Assembly: GCA_965277805.1 (NCBI GenBank)
Contig: OZ255842.1
Location: 3,808,001 to 3,872,000, forward strand
Reading direction: 5' to 3'
DNA: 64,000 nt
Source of the DNA: Candidatus Lustribacter sp.
Lineage (GTDB): Bacteria > Vulcanimicrobiota > Vulcanimicrobiia > Vulcanimicrobiales > Vulcanimicrobiaceae
The notes below the pieces were generated by a model. That model did not search any database, was not told the DNA's origin, and saw only the letters and a list, made by a program, of their open reading frames with translations. Shown here in pieces: positions 49,940 through 64,000 of this stretch (positions are counted from its first letter, which is position 1; the number at the start of each line of letters is the position of its first letter). The position numbers were made by a program, and so were the translations under genes.

Positions 49940-51415
49940 ATGCGGATTTCGGCGACCCAGTTGTTCATCGGCGTGATTCTGGCCGGCCAGTTCATGGCCA
50001 ACATGGATACGGCAATCATCAACGTGGCCACACCCTCGATCGGCCACACGCTGCACGCCTCGGGCGCCGAGCTGCAACTGACCGTGTCGGTGTACGTGCT
50101 CGCCACGGCGATGCTGTTGATCACCGGCGCGCGACTGGGAACGCTTTACGGTTACCGTCGCATCTTCTTGATCGGGCTCGCCACGTTTACGCTCGCCTCG
50201 CTCGCCTGCGGGATCGCTCCCAACACGCTGACGCTGATCGTTGCGCGCATCGTGCAAGGTTTCGGCTCGGCGCTGCTCGTCGCTCAAGTGATCAGCGGCA
50301 TCCAGCGCACCTTGACCGGCCACGCGCGCACCAAAGCGATCGGCAGCTACACGCTGACGCTTTCGCTCGCGGCCGTCGTCGGGCAGATTCTCGGCGGCTG
50401 GCTTATCACGGTCGACCTCTTCGGACTTGCGTGGCGGCCGCTGTTCCTGATCAACGTGCCGATCGGTATTGCCTTGTTCGTGCCGGCGCTGATCGTCATG
50501 CCGCGCGACGAACCATTCGCCGGCCCGCGGCCGTCGCTAGACTGGCTCGGCGTCGCGCTCCTAGGCGGCTCGATGCTGTTGATGGTCTTCCCGCTGACCG
50601 TCGGCCGCGAGATGCAGTGGCCGCCGTGGACGTTCGCGTCGCTCGTCGCGAGCGTGGCGGGAACGGCCGCGTTCTTCCTCTGGCAGCGTCATCTCGCCGC
50701 GCTCAATCGCAGCCCACTGCTCAACCTCACGCTCTTTCGCGAACCCGGCGTCGTTCCGGGACTCGGCACGCAGATGCTCGCACGAGTCACCTACTTCACG
50801 CTTCTGTTCGTGCTTGCACTCTTCGTACAGAACGGTCTCGGGGAGAGCGCGCTCGTCTCGGGCCTCTCGCTGATCTTCTGGGTGCTGATGTATGGTATCG
50901 CCGGGCCGATCTACCCGCGTTTACCGCACCGCATCGCGATTCTCTGCGGCTCGGTGGGCGCGCTGATCACCGCAACGTCGTTCGGCGCTACCGCAGTCGC
51001 TGCAGCGTTCGATGCCGCCAACCCGTGGTTGATCACGTTTTTACTCGGCGCCGGCGGCTTCGGTTTCGGACTGCTGCAAACCGCAATCACCACGCAGCTA
51101 ACCTCGGCGATTCCCAAAGAGCGCGCGCCCGACTTGAGCGGCGTGATCGCTACGACCGTGCCGCTCTGTGCGGTCATCGGCATTGCGACTTACGGCAGCA
51201 TCTACATCGAGCTCGCCGCACCCGGCGGCCGGGTCGCAGCGATGCATGCGTTCGCGATCGTCAACGCATTCTTCGCGGTGACGGCGGCGGCCGCTGCGAT
51301 GACGGGCCGGAGAGCCGCGCTAGGAAGCGAACGAGTACGAGCGTTGCGGGAGCATGCGCAGCGTCTCGATCTCGTGGAGAACGTCGAGCGGAATCGTAAC
51401 GTCGGCGTAGCGTGA
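49940..51415 (+). CDS. MFS drug-efflux transporter (DHA2-like)
   Basis: DTAIINVA.P, GARLG..YGYRR, ARIVQG, LFLINVPIG. Confidence 0.92.
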   Translation: MRISATQLFIGVILAGQFMANMDTAIINVATPSIGHTLHASGAELQLTVSVYVLATAMLLITGARLGTLYGYRRIFLIGLATFTLASLACGIAPNTLTLIVARIVQGFGSALLVAQVISGIQRTLTGHARTKAIGSYTLTLSLAAVVGQILGGWLITVDLFGLAWRPLFLINVPIGIALFVPALIVMPRDEPFAGPRPSLDWLGVALLGGSMLLMVFPLTVGREMQWPPWTFASLVASVAGTAAFFLWQRHLAALNRSPLLNLTLFREPGVVPGLGTQMLARVTYFTLLFVLALFVQNGLGESALVSGLSLIFWVLMYGIAGPIYPRLPHRIAILCGSVGALITATSFGATAVAAAFDAANPWLITFLLGAGGFGFGLLQTAITTQLTSAIPKERAPDLSGVIATTVPLCAVIGIATYGSIYIELAAPGGRVAAMHAFAIVNAFFAVTAAAAAMTGRRAALGSERVRALREHAQRLDLVENVERNRNVGVA

Positions 51416-52216
51416 GTCGACCGGCCGCGCGCTGATGCGCCAGGTGGCCGGCGGCACGCCGTGCGCGCGGCGAAACGCGCGCGAGAAGTACGCCGGATCG
51501 TCGTAGCCGCACATCATGCCGATTTCCGCCACCGGCAAGTCGGTGTGTTCGAGCGCCCGGCGCGCTCGCGCCATGCGCATCTCGGCAATCCAGCCCCCGA
51601 GCGGACGGCCGGTATGCAAGCGCGTCAAGTCGTTGAGGTAGTTCGCCGTGTAACCCACATCGCCGGCCAAACGCTCGAGCGTCAACGGTTCGGCCATGTG
51701 CGACCAGATCGACGCGAAGACATGCTGCAGCGTCGTGCGCGTACCGTTGGCTTCTTGCTGCCACACGTACGGCGATACGGCGCGTTGCAAACTCCGGATA
51801 TCGTCGAAGCCGAAACGTCCGGCTTGAACGCGGTCCGCCTCTTCAGCCATGCGCTCGCGCCAGCGCCGGCCTTCCGACGGCGCGAGTTTGCGCTCGAACG
51901 ACGGGCGGTAACCGTGCGGATCGTCGGGCGACGCCACCGGTTGACGCGTCGCGAGCACGTACATCTCGCGCTCGTCGCCGAGCTGGCAGGCGAACGAACC
52001 CGCCGGTACCGTCAACAGCGTGTTTGGTCCCAGAACGCCGCTACGGCCGCTCGTGCGATACCAGCCTTCGCCGCGCGCCACGAACACGACGAGGTCGTGG
52101 CCCACGATCAGCTCGGTGCCAGTTTTCGAATGCTCAGTCACTTCGTCGGAAATTATTGCCGAAGCAGCGACCGCATCGGGACGCATGATCACGATCCGGC
52201 CGTCGGTCGAGTCCAT
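51320..52216 (-). CDS. AraC family regulator
   Basis: LTLERLA, RMARARRAL, CGYDDPAYFSRAFRR..G.PP. Confidence 0.93.
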   Translation of the reverse strand: MDSTDGRIVIMRPDAVAASAIISDEVTEHSKTGTELIVGHDLVVFVARGEGWYRTSGRSGVLGPNTLLTVPAGSFACQLGDEREMYVLATRQPVASPDDPHGYRPSFERKLAPSEGRRWRERMAEEADRVQAGRFGFDDIRSLQRAVSPYVWQQEANGTRTTLQHVFASIWSHMAEPLTLERLAGDVGYTANYLNDLTRLHTGRPLGGWIAEMRMARARRALEHTDLPVAEIGMMCGYDDPAYFSRAFRRAHGVPPATWRISARPVDSRYADVTIPLDVLHEIETLRMLPQRSYSFAS

Positions 52217-52354
52217 GCACCCTAGTACCGTCCAAGCGCACGAAAAGTGTCGCTCTCCCATAAGAAAATCCGTGGATTGTCCAAGCCTGGTGTGCGATGT
52301 CTCATCCGTGATCCGTCCTACCGCCTCCAAAACGCGCACCGTAGTATCTCTCTC

Positions 52355-53871
52355 ATGGATACGCGAACGGATGTCGTCGAATACGGATTGCGGCGCTGGA
52401 TCATCGTCCTCGGCGTGATGTTCGCGCCGTTGATGGAGACGATCGACTCATCGATCGTCAACGTCGCGCTGCCGACGATTCAGGGCAATCTCGGCGCGAC
52501 GCTCGACGAAGCGGCCTGGGTGATCACCGGCTATCTCGTGGCCAACGTGATCGTCATTCCGCTGACGCCGTGGCTGCAAACGCGCTTCGGGCGGCGGCAA
52601 TACTTCACCGCCACCGTCATCGGTTTCACGCTCGCCTCCGCGCTCTGCGGCATGTCCGGGTCGATCGAAATGCTGATCGTGCTGCGCATCGTGCAGGGAC
52701 TCTTCGGCGGCGGCTTGATCGCGACGGCGCAAGCGACGCTGCGCGACACGTTCACCGTTGCGGAAGTCGGTTTGAGCCAAGGCATTTTCGCCGTGATCAT
52801 CCTCGTCGGCCCGATCATCGCGCCGATGCTCGGCGGCTATCTCGTCGATGCTGCTTCGTGGCAGTGGATCTTCTTCATCAACATCGTGCCGGGCGCGATC
52901 TCGGCGCTCATCGTCGGCACGATGCTGCGCAATCCCACCGAACCCGAAGGCGCAAGCGTCGATACCGGCGGCATCGTGCTGCTCACGGTCGCCCTCGGCG
53001 GCTTGCAGTTCATGCTCGAAGAGGGCGAACGCCGCGATTGGTTCGATAGCGCGAGCATCGGCATCGCGGCGGCGATGGCGGCGATCGGTGGCGTCGCGTT
53101 CGTGCTCTGGGAGTTGTTCGGCACCCGCAACCCGATCGTCGACTTGCGCATTCTGCGCTACCGCACGGTCGCGGTCGGCGTAATGCTCGCGGCGGGCATT
53201 GCGGCCACGCTCTTCGCCACGACCTTCGTGCTGCCGCAATACGCGCAAGGCGTGCTCGGCTTCACGGCATTCGACAGCGGCGAACTCGTGCTGTTCCGGG
53301 CGCTGCCCATCATGCTGATCGCGCCGGTCGTGGCGGGGCTCGTCGGCGCCGGCCGCGTCGACGTCCGCGCCGCAATGGCCACCGGCTATCTGCTCACCGC
53401 GATCGGATCGTTCCTGATCGCCGGCATCACGACGAGCTCGACCTCGTTCACGCAACTGCTGCCGGGACTCGTCATCGGCGGCCTCGGCACGGCGATGCTC
53501 TTCATCCCGCTCTTGATCGCGGTCCAGACATCAACGTCGGCCGAAGATGCGCCGAAGGCGAGCTCGTTCATCACGCTGGCCTTCCAGCTCGGCGGCTCGG
53601 TCGCAAGCGCGATACTGGTGACGCTGATCGATCGCCGCACCGATTTCCACGCTGCTATCATCGATGGAAACCTCGGGCTGGATCACCCCGCGGTACGCAG
53701 CGCGATGCAGGCGATCTCGCCCTCGCAATTGGCCGCACTTGCGATGGCGCAAGCCCAAACGCTCGCCTTCGCCGACGTGGCTTACGCCGCCGCCGCCATC
53801 GCTGCGATCATGATCCCGATCGTCTTTTTCTTACAACGCTCACGCCATGCCATCACGGAAATATCGTTCGA

Positions 53872-53875
<4 letters not shown>
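52355..53875 (+). CDS. DHA2 (EmrB/QacA) MFS efflux permease
   Basis: DSSIVNVALP, WVITGYL, RFGRR, GP..GG, LEEGER.DWF.S. Confidence 0.94.
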
Positions 53876-56544
<2,669 letters not shown>

Positions 56545-56558
56545 TTGGGTTCTCTTCG

Positions 56559-59540
<2,982 letters not shown>

Positions 59541-59564
59541 ATCTCTGTTGAACCCGGACCGGGC

Positions 59565-60311
59565 TTAAATCGTTGCTGAGGGCGGCGGCGGGGGTACCCC
59601 GGGACGCAGGACGAGGTACTCGCCGACCACGACCAGGACGGCGTAGGCGACGACGAGCTGCGAGATGATCGCGGCGATGACCGGGCCGAGCAGCGGCGCG
59701 AACGAGAAGACGTGCGCGATCAACTTACCGATCAGCTGCAAGATGCCGAGCAAAATACCGATGATCAGCGTCGTGCCGAAACGCGAGCGAGCGATCGCAT
59801 ACGATTCGCGCAGGGCGTTCAGGCCGCGCCGGTTGCCGACGACGGCCGCCGCGATCGTGTACAGCGTGAACAGATAGAAGGCGAAGATCGACAGCAAGAA
59901 CGTGAACGGCGCGAGCAGCACCGCGACGATGCCGAACACGAACAGCCAGACCGCGGCAGTCAGCACATTCCCGGCATCTTCGTTCACCGCGCGGGTGCCG
60001 TCCGCCAGCGTGGTCACGCCGCGCTGCCACGCCGCGCCGGCCATCCCGGCCGTGTAACACTGCGTGACGATGTAGCCCGCAATCGCGATGACGGCTACGA
60101 AGACGCCCGACACGAAAGCGCCCAGCCCGTACGCGAAGGAGACGGCGGCGCCGCTCGGCTCGCCGTACGTATCGGGCGTGTTGAGCGCGTAGACCCCGGT
60201 GACGAGCCCGACCACCAGGCCCACGACGATGCCGGGGACGATGATCACCCAATTCCGCGTGAGCAGCTCCCAGGCGCGGGCAAAAACGTTCTCGACGGTC
60301 GGAACCTGCAC
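59565..60311 (-). CDS. Integral membrane hypothetical protein
   Basis: About 6 TM segments; GAGGAG SD before the GTG at 60311. Confidence 0.8.
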   Translation of the reverse strand: MQVPTVENVFARAWELLTRNWVIIVPGIVVGLVVGLVTGVYALNTPDTYGEPSGAAVSFAYGLGAFVSGVFVAVIAIAGYIVTQCYTAGMAGAAWQRGVTTLADGTRAVNEDAGNVLTAAVWLFVFGIVAVLLAPFTFLLSIFAFYLFTLYTIAAAVVGNRRGLNALRESYAIARSRFGTTLIIGILLGILQLIGKLIAHVFSFAPLLGPVIAAIISQLVVAYAVLVVVGEYLVLRPGVPPPPPSATI

Positions 60312-60335
60312 GGCGTTCTCCTCGTGAGCGACACT

Positions 60336-60362
60336 TGTCATCCCGAGCTTGTCGAGGGACCG
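60336..60362 (+). repeat. 27-bp REP-like element, copy 1 (intergenic)
   Basis: TGTCATCCCGAGCTTGTCGAGGGACCG, exact reverse complement of 63221-63247. Confidence 0.9.
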
Positions 60363-60377
60363 CCACAATCATTCCGA

Positions 60378-61127
60378 TTACGGAGAGGACACCCCTTGCG
60401 CGTCGCCCAGCGGCAGCACGTCGAGGACGCCGGCGATGTCGTTCACGACGGCGTCGGGCGGCCGGGCGCCCTCGGGGAGCGGGATCGCGTGGACGTCGAC
60501 CAGGACCGTGAACAGGCCGACCTCGGCGGCGCCGATGATGTCGCGATCGTAGCGGTCGCCCACCATCGCCGTGCGCGCCGGCTCGGTCCCGAGCGTGCGG
60601 CACGCGAGGCGAAAGATCTCCGGGTCCGGCTTGACCATCCCCATCTCGTCGGCCAGGAACAGCGCGTCGACGTGCAAGCGCAAACCAACGCGGTCGACCT
60701 TCTCGTTGTGCGTGGCGGCGAAGCCGTTGGTCACGATCCCGATCTTGCAGCCGTGCGCGCGCAGCGCGAGCACGAGGTCGAGGGCGCCGGGAAACAGTTC
60801 GAGGTTGCCCGCGCGATAACGCGTGTAGCGCTCGCCGCAACGTTCCGCAAGTTCCGCATCGAGCGGCACGCCGCTTGCGACCAGCGCATCGCTCCACAAC
60901 TGCGCGCGCGCATCGTGGATCGGCATCGTCAGATGTTCTTGCGAGAGCTTCTTCCAGAAACCGTTCGCTTGCAGAACGTACTCGCGAAAGAGCCGCTCGG
61001 CGTCGACGCCGCGTTCGGCCGCGACTTCCTCAGCAACGCGGCGCGCGGCGCGTTTGTACGCGTTCGAATCGTCGAGCAGCGTGTCGTCGAGGTCGAAGAG
61101 GACGGTGTCGATCGTGCGCTGGTGCAT
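60378..61127 (-). CDS. HAD-superfamily hydrolase (YjjG-like)
   Basis: FDLDDTL, VTNG, KPDP, VGDR..RD. Confidence 0.93.
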   Translation of the reverse strand: MHQRTIDTVLFDLDDTLLDDSNAYKRAARRVAEEVAAERGVDAERLFREYVLQANGFWKKLSQEHLTMPIHDARAQLWSDALVASGVPLDAELAERCGERYTRYRAGNLELFPGALDLVLALRAHGCKIGIVTNGFAATHNEKVDRVGLRLHVDALFLADEMGMVKPDPEIFRLACRTLGTEPARTAMVGDRYDRDIIGAAEVGLFTVLVDVHAIPLPEGARPPDAVVNDIAGVLDVLPLGDAQGVSSP

Positions 61128-61128
61128 C

Positions 61129-63582
61129 TTACGGATGGACGCGGAACGTGCGCAGGGCGAAGGCGGGTAACACGAAGCTCAGCAGTTCGCCGTCGACGCG
61201 CGCCTCGCCCGCGACCGGGCGTTCGCACGCATCGACCGGGCTCGCCGTGCGCATGCGCCCGCCGCAGCGCAGCTCGACGCGCCGTCCCTCGCCGTCGCAC
61301 TCGCGCACGCGCACGATGATGCCGTCGCCGTCGTCGGCCGGTTTCGTCGCGACGACGAGAACGGCTGGATCGTCGCAGGTGAACAAGCGCACGCGTTCCG
61401 GTTCGGCGTAGTCGCGCCACGCGGCCTCGAGAGCGCCGATCGTCGCACCCGCGGTCGGCGTGAGCGCGTAGGCGATGTGATGCTCGCCGCGATCGGCCTG
61501 CGGATCGGGCCACTGGGGCGAACGCAACAGCGAGGTGCCGATGCGCACGCCGCCGTGACGCAGTGCGAACGCACTCCACCCATAGGTGTCGGGCGCGAGG
61601 ATCGCCACGCCGGCCTCGCCGTCGGTGGCGTGCACCCAGCGCTGCGCCGGCACCTCGAAGCGCGCGCGCTCGGCCGGCGTGCGCGGCTTGGCCGTGCGCG
61701 CGAGCGAGCCGTGCGGCATGCCGAAGCGCACCTCGTCGGTGCGCACGGCGAAGCGGTGTTCCGCGCGCAGGATGCGGTGCTTTGCTTGCCAGCCCACGTT
61801 GAGCTCGATCCGCAAATACGGTTCGCCGGCGCCCAGCGCGATGCGCATCGCAATTGCGGTACCGTCGCCGTTCAGCTTCACGATCAGCGTGTCGTCTTCG
61901 ATCGACGCGCCGGCCGGTTTCAGCTTTTTGGGATGCCGCTCGTAGGACGCATCGAGGTTCCAAGCATCGTAGGTGCGCGGCTTGTCGACGTAAAGCATCA
62001 GCCCGTTCGCGATCGCGGCGAGGTTGCGGCCGTCGACGCCGGAGAGCTCGGTCACGGTGCCGTCGCGGCGCACGCGCGCGCGGACGTAATCGTTGGCGAA
62101 CACGTAGGTATCGCCGTCGGCGACCGGCGCGACCGGAGCCGCCGGCGCGAGCACGACGTCGGAGCGCGGCAGGATCGAACGTGCCGCGGCGGCGACGCGT
62201 TCGACGATCCGTTCAGCGCGCTCGTATTCGTGCAGCACCTCGGCGTAGGCCGCGCCGATCGCGCTGCCGGCCATCACGTCGTGGAACTGATTGCGCAGCA
62301 CGAGCGTCCAGGCGGTGCGCAGATCGTCGAGCAGCGGCGCGATCGCGCTCGCCGGCGCGCGCACGCCGATGCACCACGCGCACAGTTCTTCGGCTTCGCC
62401 CAGCGCCCGCTCCAGCGCGGCGTTGCGCGACTTGACGTCGCGGTGCGTCGTGTACGTGCCGCGATGGGTCTCGAGGTAGAGCTCGCCGCGGTACTGCGGC
62501 AGCGTGCGCCGGTCGACGGCGGCGAACCAGTCCGCCACGCTCTCCCACGGCCGCTCGTTCTGCGGCACGTCCGCGATCTCGCGGTCGGTCACGCCGCCGC
62601 CGCCGTCGCCGTAACCGTGCACGAGGATCTCGTTGCGATCGCGCGCGATGGCTTGCCGCGCCGGCGTCGCTTCGCCCTCGTATTTGTCGATCACGGCCGA
62701 GACCATATGCGAGCCGTCGTCGCCGTACCAGGCGAATTGCGGATACGGCCAGCGCGTTGTCTCATTCCATTGCAGTTTGGTCGTGGCGAAGAAGTGCAAG
62801 CCCGCGTGCGTTGCGAGCAGCGGCAACGTGTTCGGAAACCCGAACGTGTCGGGCAGCCACACGACATCCGGCACGGTGCCGAGCTTCGCAGTCGTGTAGC
62901 GCACGCCGTAAGCGAATTGGCGCAAGATCGATTCGCCCGACGGGGCGTGCAGATCCGGCTCGACCCACATCGTTGCCACGCTCGCATCCCAGCCACGCCC
63001 GACGCGCTCGCGCACCCGCGCGAACAAATCCGGATCGTCCGCTTCCACCCACGCATAGAGCTGCGGCTGGCTCTGCGCGTACACGTAGCGCTCGTCGATC
63101 GTCATCTGCCGCAGTGCGGTCGCAAAGGTGCGCAGCGCCTTTCGCCGCGCGTCCGCATACGTCCACAACCACGCGAGATCGAGATGCGCGTGGCCGACCA
63201 TCGGAACGCCACGATGCTCGCGGTCCCTCGACAAGCTCGGGATGACATGAGGGATCGACTCGACGTGCAGCGTTTCGTGCGGCTTCTGTTCGGCGCGGGC
63301 AAGCATCCAACGCCAGCGCAAGCCGTCGCCGGCGGGGAGGCCCGCGATCGGCAGCGACCGCCGCTCGACGGTCAGCGTTAGCTCGTGCGAACCGTCGATC
63401 GACGGCAGATCGATCGTGGTATGTTTCCCGTCGAACGCCCCCGCAATCGCACCGTCGATGCGCAACAAAGCGCCCGTGCGCGTGGGATAGCTCATCCGCA
63501 ACGCCCGGCCGTCGAACGCGAACGTGGCGCGCAGCGTGACGGTACGCTCGTCGGCAGCGCACCGCTCGAGGCGCACGCGCAT
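61129..63582 (-). CDS. GH38 alpha-mannosidase
   Basis: GHAHLDLAWLW, WLPDTFG, GDGGGG, ELYLETHRGTYT, NQFHD; start at the ATG 63582. Confidence 0.93.
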   Translation of the reverse strand: MRVRLERCAADERTVTLRATFAFDGRALRMSYPTRTGALLRIDGAIAGAFDGKHTTIDLPSIDGSHELTLTVERRSLPIAGLPAGDGLRWRWMLARAEQKPHETLHVESIPHVIPSLSRDREHRGVPMVGHAHLDLAWLWTYADARRKALRTFATALRQMTIDERYVYAQSQPQLYAWVEADDPDLFARVRERVGRGWDASVATMWVEPDLHAPSGESILRQFAYGVRYTTAKLGTVPDVVWLPDTFGFPNTLPLLATHAGLHFFATTKLQWNETTRWPYPQFAWYGDDGSHMVSAVIDKYEGEATPARQAIARDRNEILVHGYGDGGGGVTDREIADVPQNERPWESVADWFAAVDRRTLPQYRGELYLETHRGTYTTHRDVKSRNAALERALGEAEELCAWCIGVRAPASAIAPLLDDLRTAWTLVLRNQFHDVMAGSAIGAAYAEVLHEYERAERIVERVAAAARSILPRSDVVLAPAAPVAPVADGDTYVFANDYVRARVRRDGTVTELSGVDGRNLAAIANGLMLYVDKPRTYDAWNLDASYERHPKKLKPAGASIEDDTLIVKLNGDGTAIAMRIALGAGEPYLRIELNVGWQAKHRILRAEHRFAVRTDEVRFGMPHGSLARTAKPRTPAERARFEVPAQRWVHATDGEAGVAILAPDTYGWSAFALRHGGVRIGTSLLRSPQWPDPQADRGEHHIAYALTPTAGATIGALEAAWRDYAEPERVRLFTCDDPAVLVVATKPADDGDGIIVRVRECDGEGRRVELRCGGRMRTASPVDACERPVAGEARVDGELLSFVLPAFALRTFRVHP
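63221..63247 (-). repeat. 27-bp REP-like element, copy 2 (in-frame within GH38)
   Basis: Translated as VIPSLSRD just before the GH38 catalytic domain. Confidence 0.9.
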
Positions 63583-63584
63583 CG

Positions 63585-64000
63585 TTAGAACGTCTTTTGC
63601 AGGCTGTCGTTCGAGCGGGAGCAGTTGTTGCGTTTCGCGTGCTGCTTGTCGTCGAGGACATAGCGCACGAGCACCATCACCGGATCGGTCCGTTGCGAGG
63701 TGGCACGGAAGATACGGAACTGCAGCGGATACGCCACGCCCGCCGCGAGCGCCGGCAACGGCTGCTCCGCGACCACGTTGCCGTCGCGCAACAGTTCGGC
63801 ATGCTGGGCCGTGTGCGGCTGTTGCGACTCGACGCCGATGTTCGAGAACACGCCGGTGATCAGTAGGCGGTCGGCAGTTGCCGCGCGCACGGAACCTTTT
63901 ACCACCTTGATCTGCAGATCGGTGACGGAAATATCGCTGCCCGGGCACGGCGCCGGTGACGGGGTCGCCATGGCGAGCACACCGGCCAGAAAAACCGCGA
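63585..64000 (-). CDS. Secreted Ig-like/CARDB-like hypothetical protein (5' end outside the window)
   Basis: Frame is open to the window edge; hydrophobic signal, TPSPAPC linker, beta-rich body with two Cys. Confidence 0.65.
   Translation of the reverse strand, partial: AVFLAGVLAMATPSPAPCPGSDISVTDLQIKVVKGSVRAATADRLLITGVFSNIGVESQQPHTAQHAELLRDGNVVAEQPLPALAAGVAYPLQFRIFRATSQRTDPVMVLVRYVLDDKQHAKRNNCSRSNDSLQKTF

Noticed and set aside
59541-59564. LexA box before uvrA
   Set aside because: The 24-bp gap has only a GAAC half-site with no matching GTTC.
63583-63948. N-terminal extension of the GH38 ORF to 63948
   Set aside because: It overlaps a better upstream gene in another frame; the ATG at 63582 follows that gene's stop by 2 bp.

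Overview
The window has two compositional zones. Bases 1 to ~24,700 are a lower-GC island (spot count 32/60 GC at 3001-3060, versus 41/60 at 26281-26340) encoding a Wzx/Wzy-type exopolysaccharide system: priming transferase, four GT4s, a GT2, flippase, Wzy-like protein, split Wzc-like co-polymerase, OPX/Wza, Ugd, UDP-GlcA decarboxylase, two methyltransferases and two paralogous secreted clan-A glycoside hydrolases. Its right edge falls in a decayed ABC substrate-binding gene ~1.3 kb from the 3' end of tRNA-Val. The rest is high-GC chromosome (possibly Eremiobacterota/Vulcanimicrobiota-like; this is only an impression). It holds an aromatic-catabolism module with a LigXa-like Rieske oxygenase, an accessory patch with an orphan RNase toxin/immunity pair, RNase T2 and a degenerate anti-sigma factor, tRNA-Glu and tRNA-Ile2, housekeeping genes (eno, ndk, birA, acpS, nnr, ligA, uvrA), two MFS exporters around an AraC gene, and a GH38 mannosidase. 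The best hidden signal is a stand-alone PrdB/GrdB-family selenoprotein that the ORF track splits at an in-frame UGA (UxxC motif, SECIS-like hairpin). Other notable points are three kinase-fold proteins with broken catalytic motifs and a 27-bp REP-like element, one copy of which is translated inside the mannosidase. All family calls come from motif recognition by eye; no database search was run.
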